A stretch of 64,000 nt of DNA, from assembly GCA_964188305.1 (NCBI GenBank), contig OZ076888.1; one strand, 5' to 3'. Positions 1 to 12,214 of the stretch are shown here, in pieces. Below the pieces are notes generated by a model. That model was not told where the DNA came from and made no database searches. It saw nothing but the letters and a program-made list of their open reading frames with translations. Positions within the stretch are counted from its first letter, which is position 1. Each line of letters starts with the position of its first letter. This stretch comes from Podarcis bocagei (taxonomy: Eukaryota). The position numbers and the translations under genes are program-made.

Positions 1-128
1 TCAGCACCCGGGGCAAGGCAAGTAATTTGCGCCGCCTAACCCGTGGATTTGCGCCCCCTAACCCTAACCCCCAGATGTTGCGCCCGGTGTGGCCGGCCCC
101 CCCTGCATCCCCCACGCTACGGCACTGC
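1..128. mobile_element. Right end of a GC-rich hAT-type non-autonomous DNA transposon in an A1CF intron
   Basis: Ends ...CACGCTACGGCACTG, the reverse complement of a CAGTGGCGTAGCG-like hAT TIR; repeated TTGCGCC subterminal motifs; the left end is outside the window. Confidence 0.55.
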
Positions 129-321
129 TGTGCGCTCAGGTTGCCTATGGAAGCTACTATTTAGTTGCCTTACCATCTGAGAGAAAGTGCCCAGGTGTTT
201 TGTGTGGGTTTTTTTACTGCAATGATGTAACTACTTGCCAAGCTACAAAGGATGTAAACAAGATTCCTCTGAACTTTGGCTGTACTGATAACGTTATATA
301 CTTCCAGTGAGCAAGCATTAC

Positions 322-592
322 CTCTGATGGATGGTGGCCTGATAAAGCCCCTGTTGGTGAGATGTCCTTTCGCAGCAGGAAAATGAAGGTTGGGAATAGC
401 GGCATAGGCTTGAGGTGCATAGAATACTGGGGCTCCCAGGTAGGCTGCAGTAGGATCATATACGTGCCCAAATGTATAAGTATATTCTGGCATCACTGTT
501 CCTCGCCCTCCTGTGCCTCTGGTGTATCTAACATAGCTGTCTTTGTCTACTGGCTTGGCTAATGTGACTTCAATGGGAGAGCCATCCACCAC
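322..592 (-). CDS. A1CF: A1CF coding exon 7 (end of RRM3 and RG-rich/auxiliary region); further 3' exons lie outside the window
   Basis: Translates VVDGSPIEVTLAKPVDKDSYVRYTRGTGGRG...FYAPQAYAAIPNLHFPAAKGHL, matching vertebrate A1CF; AG acceptor at 594-593, GT donor at 321-320; 271 nt, phase consistent with the preceding exon. Confidence 0.96.
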
Positions 593-1263
593 CTTTAAAC
601 AAAAAAAAAGACATGACAGAAAAATGAGGCATATCAATGCATGAATACACTCTCTAATACTGTGGCAGATATTAAACCTCTCACATCTCAGATATGATCT
701 GGGATCACAGTATCTGAAGGGATGCTTCCTTCTGTATGGAGCTTCCTCTCATATGAGGTCACCCCTACAGGCCCTGCTGTTTCCCATCTAAGAGCCCTCA
801 TGTGGAAGGCTATTGAACATGTCTCCATATAACAGTGGGCCCATATAGGAGGATTATGATGTTTGAGAGCCTGTCATCACATGGGTTCATGGGCAGTCTC
901 CATGCCAGTACCATGCATTCCTGGTGCTTTGGCTATGCCCACACAATTGCTCAGTGGGGAAGTGGCAGTCAAGTGGTATACGAATTGTAATCCGATGGTT
1001 GACTTTTGTTCTTTCCAGAGGGAGGGGAAATTGCATAATCAAAGGGGAACAGTTTGCACTGGTACTTGGCACAATTCTAGAACCATAAACAGGAAGCATG
1101 ATTTTAGTCTTACTGCAATGGTGTCAAGATCCAAACCATAACAATGGAAGAAGTATCACAGATTTGAAAGACCAGTAAATAACTTTAGCGTAAACCAAAG
1201 CCATCCAGGTCAAACATGCACAACTCTGGCAAGCCTCTGCTAGCACTATAGTGTATTGGTGTG

Positions 1264-1294
<31 letters not shown>

Positions 1295-1370
1295 TAAAAT
1301 CTTATTTTGCCATATACATGCAGCTCTCTCTACATCCCTTTTAGCCAATACTAAATTAATCCAGCATTAC

Positions 1371-1468
1371 CTTCCCATTTAACACTTTCATGGCTTCAAC
1401 AGCATCTTCTCTGTTATTAAAGTGCACAAATGCATAGTCTCTGATTTTCTTTACCCGTTCCACTGACC
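1371..1468 (-). CDS. A1CF: A1CF coding exon 6 (RRM3)
   Basis: Translates (G)[32 protein letters not shown]; 98 nt, canonical AG/GT; missed by the ORF track. Confidence 0.96.
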
Positions 1469-3822
1469 CTGTAGAAAAGATTTGGAGGTTAGGTCAGCCT
1501 TGGATATTGCTACAGTAGAATGTGTCTGCTTGAGTTGTGTCCTTGGTCATTAATCTGCCATGCTAATATGATTTTTTTAAAAATAAAAAATTCTACAGTA
1601 AATAAATATTAGATCTGGGCATCGCAAACCATGGACCACTTATAGAAACTTACTTATGTGCCCAGTCTTGCTTATTTTTGTCTTTCGGTCTGCAGAAAGG
1701 TGCTCCTAAAATGGGTATGATGGACCTCTTGGCACATTGGCTTATCCACCTAGTAGGAAGCATCATGTTAACAGAAAGACACCCCCTCCACAAGTGCATG
1801 TGAAAAGTAGTTCTCAGACATGGTCTGATTTTATGTGTGGATGTCATCCTGATGTAATTAATTTAAGGAAGGTCAGGGTTTAACTTAAAAGCAAAATATT
1901 TCTACACTATCTCAAATTGTTAAAACATTTTTATGGTGAAGAAGTCCATAGTTAGAGAGGGGGATGTGGGTGGGTAGTGATGGGAAGGTTTGCAGTCCTT
2001 ACTTAATCCTCACTACCTAATGTTCCAGATTTTTTTCTCGAGATTTGAAACCTGATTTTCTGGATGAGTGGGGACTGCCCAAGAACTCTTGCCCGAATCA
2101 TCACTTTGCTGATAGATAAGAAGCAGAAGCGACTACCAGCAAAGTTCCTGTGTCTAATCTCAGTTACTTAAAGTTGAATGCACAACAATAGATGAACACA
2201 CTGCACTGGGAAAATGGTAGAATGAGGTGCCATGGGTGGACATGTTTGGGCTGTGGTTTTGATTTCTGAACACTTGGGTATTTTACGTCTACTAAATTTG
2301 TTGTGAACCCCTCAGGGATAGAGGAAGAGTAAAAATCCAAAGGAACAGAACTGTAATATTGAATAAACACACATATAACTTCAGGAAAAATAAAGCTTAA
2401 AAAAATCCTCTCACAGAAGCTATATCTTTAGCTAAGTATGTAGACTTCTGAAGCTGAGTATAATTGCTTCTCTTATCACTCAGTTTTTATATAGTAGCTT
2501 TGGGCCTATAATGAGCCACTGGAGAATTTGTGTTCAGAGTTCTGCGCAATGGAATGGAAGTTTTACGCCTGTTAATTTCTGTTTTGATGGCCGATTATGC
2601 AATATTTTATTAAATTATTTCAGAGAGTACGGTCTGTTAAAAATGTTAATTGAGGTCCTGGGTTTGCAGAACCAAAAACAAAAAAGGGGGGAGGTGAGCT
2701 TTCTTCCAAGCATATGCAATTAAACAAATCTGGGTGTTAGTTGGTTTATGGAACAATCCTAACTTCTGGCAGCTGGCAGTCTACTTTAACAGAGTGGAGG
2801 AGCCACCAACAATGCCATAACTTGGTTACTTGCGCAGGTCAGAACACAAAAATAATCTGCATGCTGGTTATGCGGTGTGCCAGTCCCAAGTCTTGGTCTG
2901 ACAATTCGATCATTATATCATTTCATCAAATATTTCTCCTAAGGATTTCAAAGTGCCATGCATGGTGTGTGTTTTATCCCCTCCAGTTTTATCCTCAGGT
3001 TTGGCTGAGAGATGGTGACTAGTGCAAGGTGAGCTTCATGCTTGGGTAGAGATTTGAATTGAGTCCCCTCTAATTTTAGTCTTGCTCTCCAACTGCTACA
3101 CCACTGCCCCCTGACATTGCAATGAATGACATTGCCTTGCTCATGCCATCTTCTATGTGCTGGAAGGGTGGGAAATCTTTGGGGTGTAAGTCTTGAAGAA
3201 TGAGCTTGCTGAGTTCTTGAAAGGGAATGCAATGCTGAATTCTATAAAAGTGAAATATTGCTCTTCAGAACATTCCGTGCTTGTTTTGAAACCTGAGCAC
3301 TTAGTAACATCTTAGATTTCATACGATTTAAAGCAGTCAGTAGTCAAACTTCACACAAGTAGGAGAAAGCATATCTGTTTTCCTTTCAAATTTGCAGAGG
3401 ATTGCCAATTTCTCCAATTAAAAATATCCATTCTGGGGGTTTTCTAGTTAATTCAACATCCTGAATGAAATAAATTTATTTTATTTTATTATATTTCCTA
3501 AATATATATTATAATAAAACATTTCCTATATATATATTTCCTAAATTATATTAGTATATTATATAGCATATGTAATCTAGTGTTTAGCTCTGGATCCACA
3601 AGAGGAAAGTGGAGAAGATATATTCACATAGTAGCGTGTAAATTGTGGTATTCTTTTTTCAATCCTAGATTTTTCATGGAAAATGCTTTGTTTCTTTCCT
3701 GATATTCCCACATAAAAAATATTTCCTTTTAGTACTTTTTAAAAACAGTTTATTGTTCTTGCATTAGTTTACCAACAAACTCTGAGCAACTCTGACCAAG
3801 CTGCCTTTTTAATTTTATTTAC

Positions 3823-3987
3823 CTGGTTTAATATTGTTGAATTCTTTTTCAATTGTCTCTTCCGTGGTTGATAACATAAGATTTCGCACATAGAGGATTT
3901 TGACTGATGACATTGTATCTTCATCAACCTCAACCTCTGGCTCTGCCCAGTCTACAGCTATGGGGTGTCCCCATAATTGTATCCTTC
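3823..3987 (-). CDS. A1CF: A1CF coding exon 5 (RRM2 end, RRM3 start)
   Basis: Translates [54 protein letters not shown]; 165 nt, AG/GT. Confidence 0.97.
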
Positions 3988-4520
3988 CTGTGGAGTAATC
4001 AGAATTCCACAACTATGACAATAAATAAAATGAAAGATAATGGGATGAAGAAGTCCAATTAAGTCCTACTCAAGAACAGTTCATTGAAATCAAATACATT
4101 GGTTTCAATGTGTCTACTCTGAGTGTAACTTAGATACAACCCATTAAGTAGGTGATTTTGACAATACAGGTTTTCTCTGCTTAAAGTTATTGCTATAATG
4201 AATTTACACAATTGTAAAATGTGCTATTGATTGCACATAGATGAGAACACACAGGCTCTCATAGTTACTATTTGATTTCTTCATTGCTCAGGCGTGCACT
4301 GTGAGCGAAGCTTCACTTTGTGAAATAATCAGAACTGTGCTAACGCTTACCCTAAAATGCTAGCATATAATGTACTGAATCCTAGGGGAATTTTTCCACT
4401 ATTCATGTTCAAATTATATATAAAAGAGGCAAAAATGATAGCTAAAAGCCAATAGGCATAAGGAATGGAGAAAAGGGAAGAGTGTAAGACATGCTAAAAT
4501 CCCCTTTCTTTCCACATTAC

Positions 4521-4759
4521 CTGGCAGCAGTTTCCGCCTTGCCATAGCTGCTGCCCGATGGCTTCCATATTCCACAAAAGCGAAACCACGATTCTTGGCT
4601 TTATCGGCAGCGCTGGGATATACAATGACATCAATGACACCATCTGTAACTTTCCTCATCTCTGCCAAAATTTCTTCCCTCCTCTTCGTTTTTGGGATTC
4701 CTCCTACAAATAAACGGCAGTTGTCTACACTGGCACAAACCCCTAGGAGTCGACCATTC
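4521..4759 (-). CDS. A1CF: A1CF coding exon 4 (RRM2)
   Basis: Translates [79 protein letters not shown] with RNP2 LFVGGI and RNP1 RGFAFVEY; 239 nt, AG/GT. Confidence 0.97.
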
Positions 4760-4933
4760 CTGCATACAAACAACAGTTCCAGGTTTGTTTGTTTTTATGG
4801 TGAAACAGGCTTAGCTCTTTGTGAAATCTTGACCCATGATTACAGTTTAGAGCCAATGCTCTCATGTCAAACTTTCTGAATGGTGTAGTTAGTCAAGCAG
4901 AAGTCAAGTGAACCAGCCCTTAAAAATATAAAG

Positions 4934-5068
4934 CAGGCATAGGCAAACTCGCCCTCCAGATGTTTTGGAACTACAACTCCCATCACCCCTAGCTAACAGG
5001 ACCAGTGGTCAGGGGTGATGGGAGTTGTAGTCCCAAAACATCTGGAGGGCTGAGTTTGCCTGTGCCTG
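4934..5068. mobile_element. Palindromic hAT-type MITE (135 bp)
   Basis: Near-perfect long inverted repeat CAGGCATAGGCAAACTC...GAGTTTGCCTGTGCCTG; 8-bp TSD ATATAAAG/CTATAAAG. Degenerate relatives near 22980, 24190, 29440, 48260, 49220, 51255, 52190. Confidence 0.85.
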
Positions 5069-5916
5069 CTATAAAGGGCTGCAGAATACCCAGTTTTCAT
5101 TACTTAGCAATAAAATTCAGAGGTGTTTTTTTTTTAGAGGAGAAATGTTAAGAGTAGCCTAGAGAAGGGATAGTCAGTGTGGTTCTCTCTAGATTTTGCT
5201 CTGCTACAGGTCCCCTCATCCCTGACCATTGGCTATGCCGGTTGGGACTGATGAGAGCGGTAAAGCATCAGGTGAATATCACACTGGCTATCCCTGGGCT
5301 AGAGAATTTGCTCATGCAAGTAGTTCTCACCAAATATAATGATAATAACAAGATGAGGTTTCACATGCAACAAGCACTAGTTAACACATAATCAACAGAT
5401 GTGTATTTATTCTGTGACAAGAATAGTAATAATTTCTTGTTGTAGTGGTAGTAATAGTAGTCATCTCTAGACACCAGCTATGCTTCTCAAAGTATCACTT
5501 TGTCAGTGGGGGAGCAACTCCTCTTGCACCCAAACTGGCCTTCTTGAACCCTCTTTTGCCACAAAGGCCACTTTCCTTCCATAACCTTCTTGCTTCTAGT
5601 TGGCAGCTGTGGAGTCTTAGGCATACAGACATGGCCCACAGGCTTTTCAGCTGCTGATTACTAACATGACCCTTTGTTCTGCTGCACATGGTTTTAGGCA
5701 AGGAGCACCTACTCCTGGTGTTAATCACTGTAGACAATACTAAGCTAAGCAGGCCAATAGTCTAACTTGATCTAAGGCAATTTCTTTAGTTTTTCCTTTT
5801 TTGTTTTTGTTTTAAAGAGCACAACTTTTATTGCATTTGTTGCATTATATTCAAATTGAGACCTGCTTTGCAGGTGTCAGCGAGATATGCAAAACTACTA
5901 AACAAACACTGCTTAC

Positions 5917-6047
5917 CTAATTTCATAATTATTCAGTTGCCTGATTGCATTTTTGGCCTCCTGTTTGTTAGAAAATGTCACAAAAGCATATCCCCTGTTG
6001 TTTCCATTGAAGTCCATCATCATCCGCATTTCATAGATTTTTCCAAT
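5917..6047 (-). CDS. A1CF: A1CF coding exon 3 (RRM1)
   Basis: Translates [43 protein letters not shown](R); 131 nt, AG/GT. Confidence 0.97.
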
Positions 6048-7978
6048 CTGCAAAAGCAAAAGCATGAACTTCCATAAACAAGCACAGAAAGGGAGCTTTT
6101 GTCTGCACTAGAGAACATCTCTGGACAAAGTTCTCTTGTTCTTGTGATTCTGTTTGTATTTCTGCTTCACTCTAGATTAGCTTGGCCATTGCCTTGACCA
6201 TAAACCAGAGCACATTTTACTCAAGATTTGCTTTCTGACCCATGTACAAAGTCAAAATAAACAGAGGCAGCATGTATCGAAGTCCAGGCTGTGCTGAGCT
6301 GGTGCTGTTGGGCAGGTTAGCAAAGCAAATGACTTCAATTAACACCTTGATAACACCCTGTCTGAGCTCCTTTGTGCAGATAACACCATAAACTTGGGAT
6401 GGGGGACACACATGTGAGTATCTATGTCTTGCAGGGTGCTCTGGCTTAGAGCAGCTCTCACACATTAGACAATAGCACACCCTATAGTACTTAGCTACTG
6501 TTTGGATTTGCCAGGTCTTGCCTTCACCCAAAGGGTTATCATGACTGGATCCCTTCCAGCCCTTATTTAAAGCCTGGGTACAGATACTGTACCACTAGCC
6601 AATTGTCCCTGCATATTGGTGGTGTGTCTCATGAGAGGGGAAGCATGGTTTGTGCACTCACTAAGAAGCACTACAAGGCACCAAAACAAGAAGGTGCTGG
6701 CATATGACGCAGGACTGTGTCTGTGCTAATGATGCCCTTAGTAGTCTTCACGGGCATTGCAACCACACTTCAAAATTTTGATGAACAATTCCAGTTCCAA
6801 AGACAGCAAAAACCAAAGCTCTGATAACAGCAGAAAAGACAATGCCCCATTGCACATGAAGATTTAGCTAGATACTCACGCAATGCAGTTTTCTTTTTCC
6901 ACATCTTTAACAGCACTGTCATGGGCATACTTTTTTTTTGGCTAAGTAGGAAATGGGCTATGGTTGAGGACTTGTCATATTTACACCATCCACTCATTAT
7001 TTGCCCCCCATACTTTGTCTCATCACAGAAGCCTTTGACCCTGTTGCCAAGGCTTGTTTCTCTAGGCGGTACTGTCACAGATAGTTTTACTGATGTTAAT
7101 GGGAGCAATGATGTGAATAAAGGCTGTAAGAATGTTCTCTCAGGACACAGTTATAATAATTCATGTCTAAAGAGCTCACTTTGCCACATTCAGAGGTTTT
7201 ATCACTCAGAACTAAGCTGCAAGAAAGTGATTATTATGGTGCTGAATATAAAAAATGGGACATAGATCCCAAAATGCAGGAATGATCCTATTGGAGGAAG
7301 ATTTGTATTGTTTATTTTATCATGTTTGCTTCTTGTCCTTCTTCCAAGGAGTTCAAGAGAGTATATGGTGTATTCCCATGATATCACCACAAAAACTTGT
7401 GAAGTACATCTGGCAAGGGGGGCAGTTGCAAAAGAAGTCTGTGCTGCTGCACATTTAAGAGTTGTGCGGAAGAGGGAAATTTCACTTGCTGAAATTCCAT
7501 CTTCTGTATGAATGCAGGCCACCTGGCCACCTGATTACTCACTGAGTTTCATATCTGAGCAGGAATTCAAATCCTGGCCTTTCCAGGCCCAAACTCTGTC
7601 CATTGCACTGTATGGGTGTCACTAGTATTGTCAATATCAGTGTTACAAACACTACAACCTAATTCAAGATACCAACTTTTCCTTGCTTCTCCTGATTCTG
7701 CACTTACATTTCAAGCAAGATACTGGGATACAGGTGGAGTAAGTGATGAAGTGATATGGTGGCTGTTGCTTGCTTGGCAGCCTTGAGCATGGATCATCCC
7801 AACTGCTCTGGCGCTCCCCATTTTAACCTATGGGTTTACATTGTGAATCTTAATATGAATTGATGTTTCCAAATGAACGTGCATTGGTTAACGCGGTATC
7901 TCAGCATAGCAAGCAATTGACTTGTTTAGGTATTTTATAAATGGGCTTTGAGAATACATAATCCAAAAGTTACAGAAG

Positions 7979-8092
7979 TTTGTCCGCTGCAAGAAAAAAC
8001 AGCAATGAATCCTGCGGCACCTTTAAAGACATAACACATTTAATGTCTCAGGAGACGAGAGGAAGCAAGTGTCAACCTCATCAGATGCAAGT
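7979..8092 (-). mobile_element. Degenerate Penelope-like terminal-repeat fragment
   Basis: Minus strand has TGCATCTGATGAGG... and GTCTTTAAAGGTGCC, shared with the element at 29754-31338. Confidence 0.55.
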
Positions 8093-9026
8093 TACCAGAC
8101 ATATAAAATATGCTCAAAACATTTATATAAAGCAGTGGAAACTATTGTAAGTATTTGTGGTTGGTTCCAGCTACTTTGGTGAAGGGCTATCTGGATCTGA
8201 ATTAGCATTTCAAAATTCCCGTAACTGGAAATGAAAATAGCACCATATGCTCCATAATTACATTCAGTTAAAAAATTCTCTTTCCATTTTATATATCTCA
8301 CTAACAACACTTACAAGTGGCATAGACAAGGCTAAAAAGTATTCTTAGTATCACTTGCAAAATCATTCTTAGGCATTGCATACACAAAGTCCTCCTGATA
8401 CTATATACTTAGCTTTCTGTGGCTTGCACCCTGGAAGCTAGAAGCTGACTTGGGAATTGTATTTGCAAATTAGCGACCTCCAGTAAGTACTTAAAACCAC
8501 ACAGGGTCATATGAAAATTATTAGAATTGTGTTTTGTTCAGAATTGCATCATAAGAATATAAGAAAGGCCCTGGTGGATGAGGTCAAAGGCCCATCTAGT
8601 CCCCCATTCTGTTCCAACTAGATGACCGTGGGAAACCTGCAGTCTAAGAAGCTCAAAGCAATATCTTGGCCTTAAAAGAATCACTCAACAACTTAGGTTG
8701 AAAGGTAGGACTTATGTGAGACCACCTAGTTATCGCTATGGCCAACCAGAGATTTGACCCTGGGCTTTAGACACAGAAGGCTAATGCTTGAGCCACTGTG
8801 GCACACTGGCAGTTTCCCATATGGCAGTGTTCTTCCTACTGGAGACATTCTCAGAGTAGGAAACATGCCTGTCCTATTATGTGTGAAGAGCTGCACGAGT
8901 CTTTTCTATTTTACCACCCTGATTCTGCTGAGAGGTTCAGGATTACTGCTGTTTGCAGTCAAATTCCTAGAATATGAATATGTGTGTGTGTAAGTGAATA
9001 AAATCTGCCCCGGTTTAAATCATTAC

Positions 9027-9161
9027 TTTTTCACATAACGGTATGAGTTCATCTTCAAAGAGGTCACGGGGTAATTTTCCAATGAAAATCTCACAGCCTC
9101 TTTCTGGTGGTGGTCCATCCCAGCCTGGTGGCGGCCCTCCATATTTCCTTTGGCCATTTTC
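9027..9161 (-). CDS. A1CF: A1CF coding exon 2
   Basis: Translates [45 protein letters not shown]; 135 nt, AG/GT. Confidence 0.97.
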
Positions 9162-9962
9162 CTGAATTGAAGAGAACAAAAGATGTTGTGAAAACTGGCT
9201 TAATTCTTCTCAAGACTGCATATCTTTTTATACACACCAGAAGGTTTTCTTTGCCTGGTCATAACTTTTGTCTGTTCTTGCATCTTGGCTTTCATTAGAT
9301 GTATCTTAGAAAAATTGGGAGTTTTAGTCCAAAACAGTTGGAGGGGACCCAGTTCAAGACTTCAGCCAAGTCAATATATTTGGTGCCCCCCCCCAAAGCA
9401 ACACTGTCCCATAGCCCACTTGAGATTGTGGGACCAGGACAGACTTGAGAGGGTAGAATATACAGATAGTAGGATTTGTATGGTTGCAGTGGACTTTTGT
9501 TTTGCCAATTAAATTGCTTACACTGTAGTGCTTGACTGTAGAGCTATCATGTGAAGCTGTCAGTGCATGCAAATGCTGCCCTCACCATGCAAACGCTGCT
9601 TCCTTCCTTTTTCATTCCAGTTGTGGGAATGTGAACCCTCTGGAAGACCACACCCTCCTGAAGGAGGTTGCATGGCTGCTGTATAAGCCAGATCACATGG
9701 GTTTTTTTTTTTTTTTGCATTCTGTATCTGGAATACCATCAGGCGCACCATAGGTAGGAATCAAATGTCCCATTGCATGCAGCACTGTACCTTATAACAG
9801 AATAATGTTAATATTTTTGCAATACACATTGTGGGTGGGAAGGGAGAGACAGATTTAAGCACTAAGTTCTGAAAGTCATTGATCGAACTTTAGCTAGGGT
9901 CCTTAATTTACCTTTAAATTAGCAGTCCCAAAGGAGAAATAATTTGACAGGGAAACTCCTAC

Positions 9963-10061
9963 CTGAATCAAACTATATCCCGTGCGCTGCATTAATGTGC
10001 GGAGGGTAGCTTCTTTCTGTGTGCCGGCCAATCCATCCCCGGATTTTTGATTTGATTCCAT
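9963..10061 (-). CDS. A1CF: A1CF first coding exon (start codon at 10061; exon includes ~45 nt of 5' UTR up to the acceptor at 10106)
   Basis: Translates MESNQKSGDGLAGTQKEATLRTLMQRTGYSLIQ, like the human N-terminus MESNHKSGDGLSGTQKEAALR; GT donor at 9962-9961; upstream CAG acceptor at 10109-10107. Confidence 0.96.
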
Positions 10062-10653
10062 TGTGAGTGATTATCACCAAAAAATCAGGTTAATTAGGGG
10101 TGCTCACTGTAATCAAATTTGAGATAAATTAAGCAGATTAATATTTTTGAAAAAGAAAGCACCACAATATGGGTGGGGATACTGTACACGAATCATTCAT
10201 AAGAATTAGAAAACAAAAGTAGAAGATCCAACACCTGAACAAAGCAAAGAGAATCAAGGGGGGACTTTGTAGATTTCTCAGGCAAGAAATATATAGCAGG
10301 CCTCACTACAAAGTGAACTATAAAGGCTATTTTATTTTGAAGATTTATAAAACACTTCACATCCACAAGCAACCCAAGTGGTCTATGATAAGGTGAAATA
10401 CATAAGACACAGACTCAATAAACTAAAAACAATACAACAATTTCTACAATGTACAGTTAATATTGTATAACATGACTGGGTCATGTTTCAGAAAAGCCTT
10501 CTTCAGGTAATGGTTGTGTTTAGGGAATGTGTGATTTCAGGTAGTAGGCTTTGAGAGAAGTTGTATTTAATAAGAGAACAAAAAGTCCCGTCCCCCCCAT
10601 GATCAAGTTCAGTGAACTGCCATGAATGTGTGGGCATGTTTCTCAATCATATC

Positions 10654-10657
<4 letters not shown>

Positions 10658-10701
<44 letters not shown>
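10658..10701. repeat. (CA)n microsatellite in the A1CF 5' intron
   Basis: Directly visible. Other simple repeats: (CA)n 1265-1291, (CT)n(GT)n 21498-21559, (CT)n 30603-30651, (CAT)n 32183-32227, (GT)n 37577-37608, (TAA)n 58377-58423. Confidence 0.97.
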
Positions 10702-10705
<4 letters not shown>

Positions 10706-11315
10706 TTAACCAGATGATTTGTGTTACTTGCGTCATTGAGGGGCAATGGTGGCTGTTGTAGGCACCTGGCTCACTTTCCCTTAATGGGCCATATTTTCAG
10801 TTAACAACCCAGCATAGCATTTAACACTGAGGGGGTGGTGGTGGTGGAATATCCCATTGGTGCCCCCTGGGATGTTTATTTCCTTAAATTGTGGCATCAT
10901 GTATAGTTAGGCCCTAACTTTATCTAAGGCCTTGAGTTTATCTAAATGTGCCTAATGAGCACAATTTTAAAAATGTGAGCTGAATCAGTTTGTGGGGGGC
11001 AAGGAGGCTGATAATTAATGGGCTGAGAGCAGGTGTGGAGAAGAAATTTAAGGCTTTCCTCCCTTGGTGTTGGTCTTTTGAAGTTAGTGTTTCGTGTCAA
11101 TGGGAGATTTCACCCATAGCAAATACTGGAGGGATTTCCCTCTGGATCACAACACAAGAGGATGAGGTTAAATTCACCTGCCATGCCTTCTCTGGTCTTT
11201 TAATTTTCAGCTCCCTCAACCTGCTGTTGCAATTTGCATTAAAAAGCAACAGCACATGTAGAGAAGTGCCTTTTAGCCCTAACAGAAGCAGTGTGTGGAT
11301 TTAAGGCAAACTATT

Positions 11316-11897
11316 ATCACTGCAGATGGTGACAGCAGCCACAAAATTAAAAGACGCCTGCTTCTTGGAAGCAAAGCAATGACAAACCTAGACAGCATCT
11401 TAAAAAGTAGAGATATCACCTTGCCAACAAAGGTCCATATAGTAAAAGCTATGGTTTTCCCAGTAGTGATGTATGGAAGTGAATGCTGGACCATAAAGAA
11501 GGCTGATCGCCGAAGAATTGATGCTTTTGAATTATGGTGCTGGAGGAGACTCTTGAGAGTCCCATGGACTGCAAGAAGATCAAACCTATCCATTCTTAAG
11601 GAACTCAGCCCTGAGTGCTCAGTGGAAGGACAGATCGTGAAGCTGATGCTCCAATACTTTGGCCACCTCATGAGAAGAGAAGACTCCTTGGAAAAGACCC
11701 TGATGTTGGGAAAGATGGAGGGCACAAGGAGAAGGGGATGACAGAGGACGAGATGGTTGGGTAGTGTTCTCGAAGCTACCAGCATGAGTTTGACCAAACT
11801 GCGGGAGTCAGTGGAAGACAGAAGTGCCTGGCGTGCTCTGGTCCATGGGGTCACGAAGAATTGGACATGACTAAATGACTAAACAACAACAACAACA
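11316..11897 (+). mobile_element. Bov-B (RTE-clade) LINE, 5'-truncated 3' fragment
   Basis: ORF ITADGDSSHKIKRRLLLGSKAMTNLDSILKSRDITLPTK...DAFELWCWRRLLRVPWTARRSN typical of Bov-B; premature stop at 11739-11741; (CAA)n tail. Confidence 0.93.
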
Positions 11898-11968
11898 ATT
11901 ATCGCCCCTTCTCTTTTCATTACTACTTGCTGAAGTTTTGTATATATGGAGCTCCTTCCTCTTGTAAT

Positions 11969-12214
11969 GCTCCTGCCAACCTAACAGTTCGAAAGCATGT
12001 CAAAGTGCAAGTAGATAAATAGGTACCGCTCTGGCGGGAAGGTAAACGGCGTTTCCCTGCGCTGCTCTGGTTCGCCAGAAGCGGCTTAGTCATGCTGACC
12101 ACATGGCACGGAAGCTGTATGCCGGCTCCCTCAGCCAATAAAGCGAGATGAGCGCCGCAACCCCAGAGTTGGTCATGACTAGACCTAATGGTCAGGGGTC
12201 CCTTTACCTTTACC
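11969..12214 (+). mobile_element. Sauria SINE, 5'-truncated
   Basis: GCTCCTGCCAACCTAACAGTTCGAAAGCA...GTAGATAAATAGGTACC core and ACCTTT-type tail. Confidence 0.88.

Noticed and set aside
55-72. Telomeric or telomerase-template-like CCCTAACCCTAACCC
   Set aside because: Only ~2.5 units, lying inside a hAT element end; no telomerase RNA features.
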